The notes below the pieces were generated by a model. It was given only the letters and a program-made list of their open reading frames with translations, made no database searches and was not told the DNA's origin. Both the position numbers and the translations under genes were made by a program. Shown here in pieces: positions 63,753 through 64,000 of a stretch of 64,000 bases of DNA (the first letter of the stretch is position 1; every line of letters starts with the position of its first letter). The stretch is from Candidatus Obscuribacterales bacterium (GTDB lineage: Bacteria > Cyanobacteriota > Vampirovibrionia > Obscuribacterales > Obscuribacteraceae), in contig JAIETF010000009.1 of the NCBI GenBank assembly GCA_019745415.1, forward strand, positions 64,503-128,502, read 5' to 3'.

Positions 63753-64000
63753 TTAGTTAAGCGAAATGTGATGGTCTTGCACTTCTGTCCAGGTGCCGAA
63801 CCAACGCAAGACCTTACCACTTGCCTCTTTAACCGGTACAGCCCGACAGAGATGCCAGAGATAGTCACGACTAACAGAATCGCGATCACGACCGTTACGG
63901 CGATGGCGATTCAATCCAAGCACACGCTTGAGGCGAAATTGCACCTCGAAGGCTTCGCCTTTGGTCAAAGCTTCGCTCCAGGCTTGATCATAAACCGGCA
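63753..64000 (-). CDS. C-terminal end of a PAS-domain protein; 5' part lies outside the window
   Basis: The frame is open to the window edge: PVYDQAWSEALTKGEAFEVQFRLKR...YLWHLCRAVPVKEASGKVLRWFGTWTEVQDH matches the usual end of PAS domains (fRlkR...yrW...a.Pv.de.Gkv.rwfGt.tDi). Confidence 0.55.
   Translation of the reverse strand, partial: PVYDQAWSEALTKGEAFEVQFRLKRVLGLNRHRRNGRDRDSVSRDYLWHLCRAVPVKEASGKVLRWFGTWTEVQDHHISLN

Noticed and set aside
1-64000. tRNA, rRNA, tmRNA, RNase P and SRP RNA genes
   Set aside because: I scanned the ORF-poor gaps (878-1731, 4500-4995, 8006-8597, 27555-29046, 35302-35711, 40274-40507) by eye for T-loop GGTTCGAATCC-like strings and the conserved RNase P, SRP and tmRNA blocks, and found none. 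A covariance-model scan would be needed to be sure.

Overview
Bacterial chromosomal window; I cannot assign a taxon from the sequence alone. It uses the standard genetic code: conserved genes end on TAA, TAG and TGA, and GTG/TTG starts are frequent. I can support roughly 60 protein-coding genes. I found no rRNA, tRNA or CRISPR array.

Layout:
(1) 1-16.8 kb, mixed housekeeping and envelope genes: two paralogous trypsin-like proteases, a PhyH-type dioxygenase, an ABC exporter, yaiI, an S41 peptidase, a methyltransferase plus sulfatase-like membrane protein pair, and an alpha/beta hydrolase.
(2) 17.0-23.6 kb: a nonulosonic-acid biosynthesis cluster of legionaminic-acid type (dehydratase, aminotransferase, NeuC-like, NeuB-like, AT3 acyltransferase, divergent NeuD/PglD-like acetyltransferase).
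(3) 23.6-29.4 kb, a poorly conserved accessory stretch: a DUF2207-like protein, a TPR protein, a SAF-like secreted protein, a Cys-rich reading frame interrupted by one TGA, and a truncated TniB/ExeA-like ATPase bracketed by 25-bp direct repeats.
(4) An amidase, then argF-argG-argH preceded by a 16-codon leader ORF with four consecutive Arg codons and a terminator/antiterminator pair.
(5) A GH15 hydrolase, a Hanks kinase with TPR repeats, and a dihaem cytochrome c.
(6) 41-59 kb, a glycan/exopolysaccharide locus: two GT2 enzymes, a Wzt-like ATPase, a nucleotidyltransferase, a GT-C-like protein, a frameshifted AT3, an MBOAT, a PglC-like priming transferase and dTDP-rhamnose genes. It is interrupted by two adjacent putative c-di-GMP receptor proteins.
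(7) Membrane proteins, an EamA transporter, a lipoprotein thioredoxin, an ACT-malic enzyme and a partial PAS gene at the window edge.

The best candidates for something new are the Arg-leader attenuator, the degenerate-GGDEF plus MshEN-repeat pair, the TGA-interrupted Cys-rich frame, and the MBOAT with a DltX-like C-terminal hexapeptide. All functional calls rest on motif recognition by eye; no database search was run.
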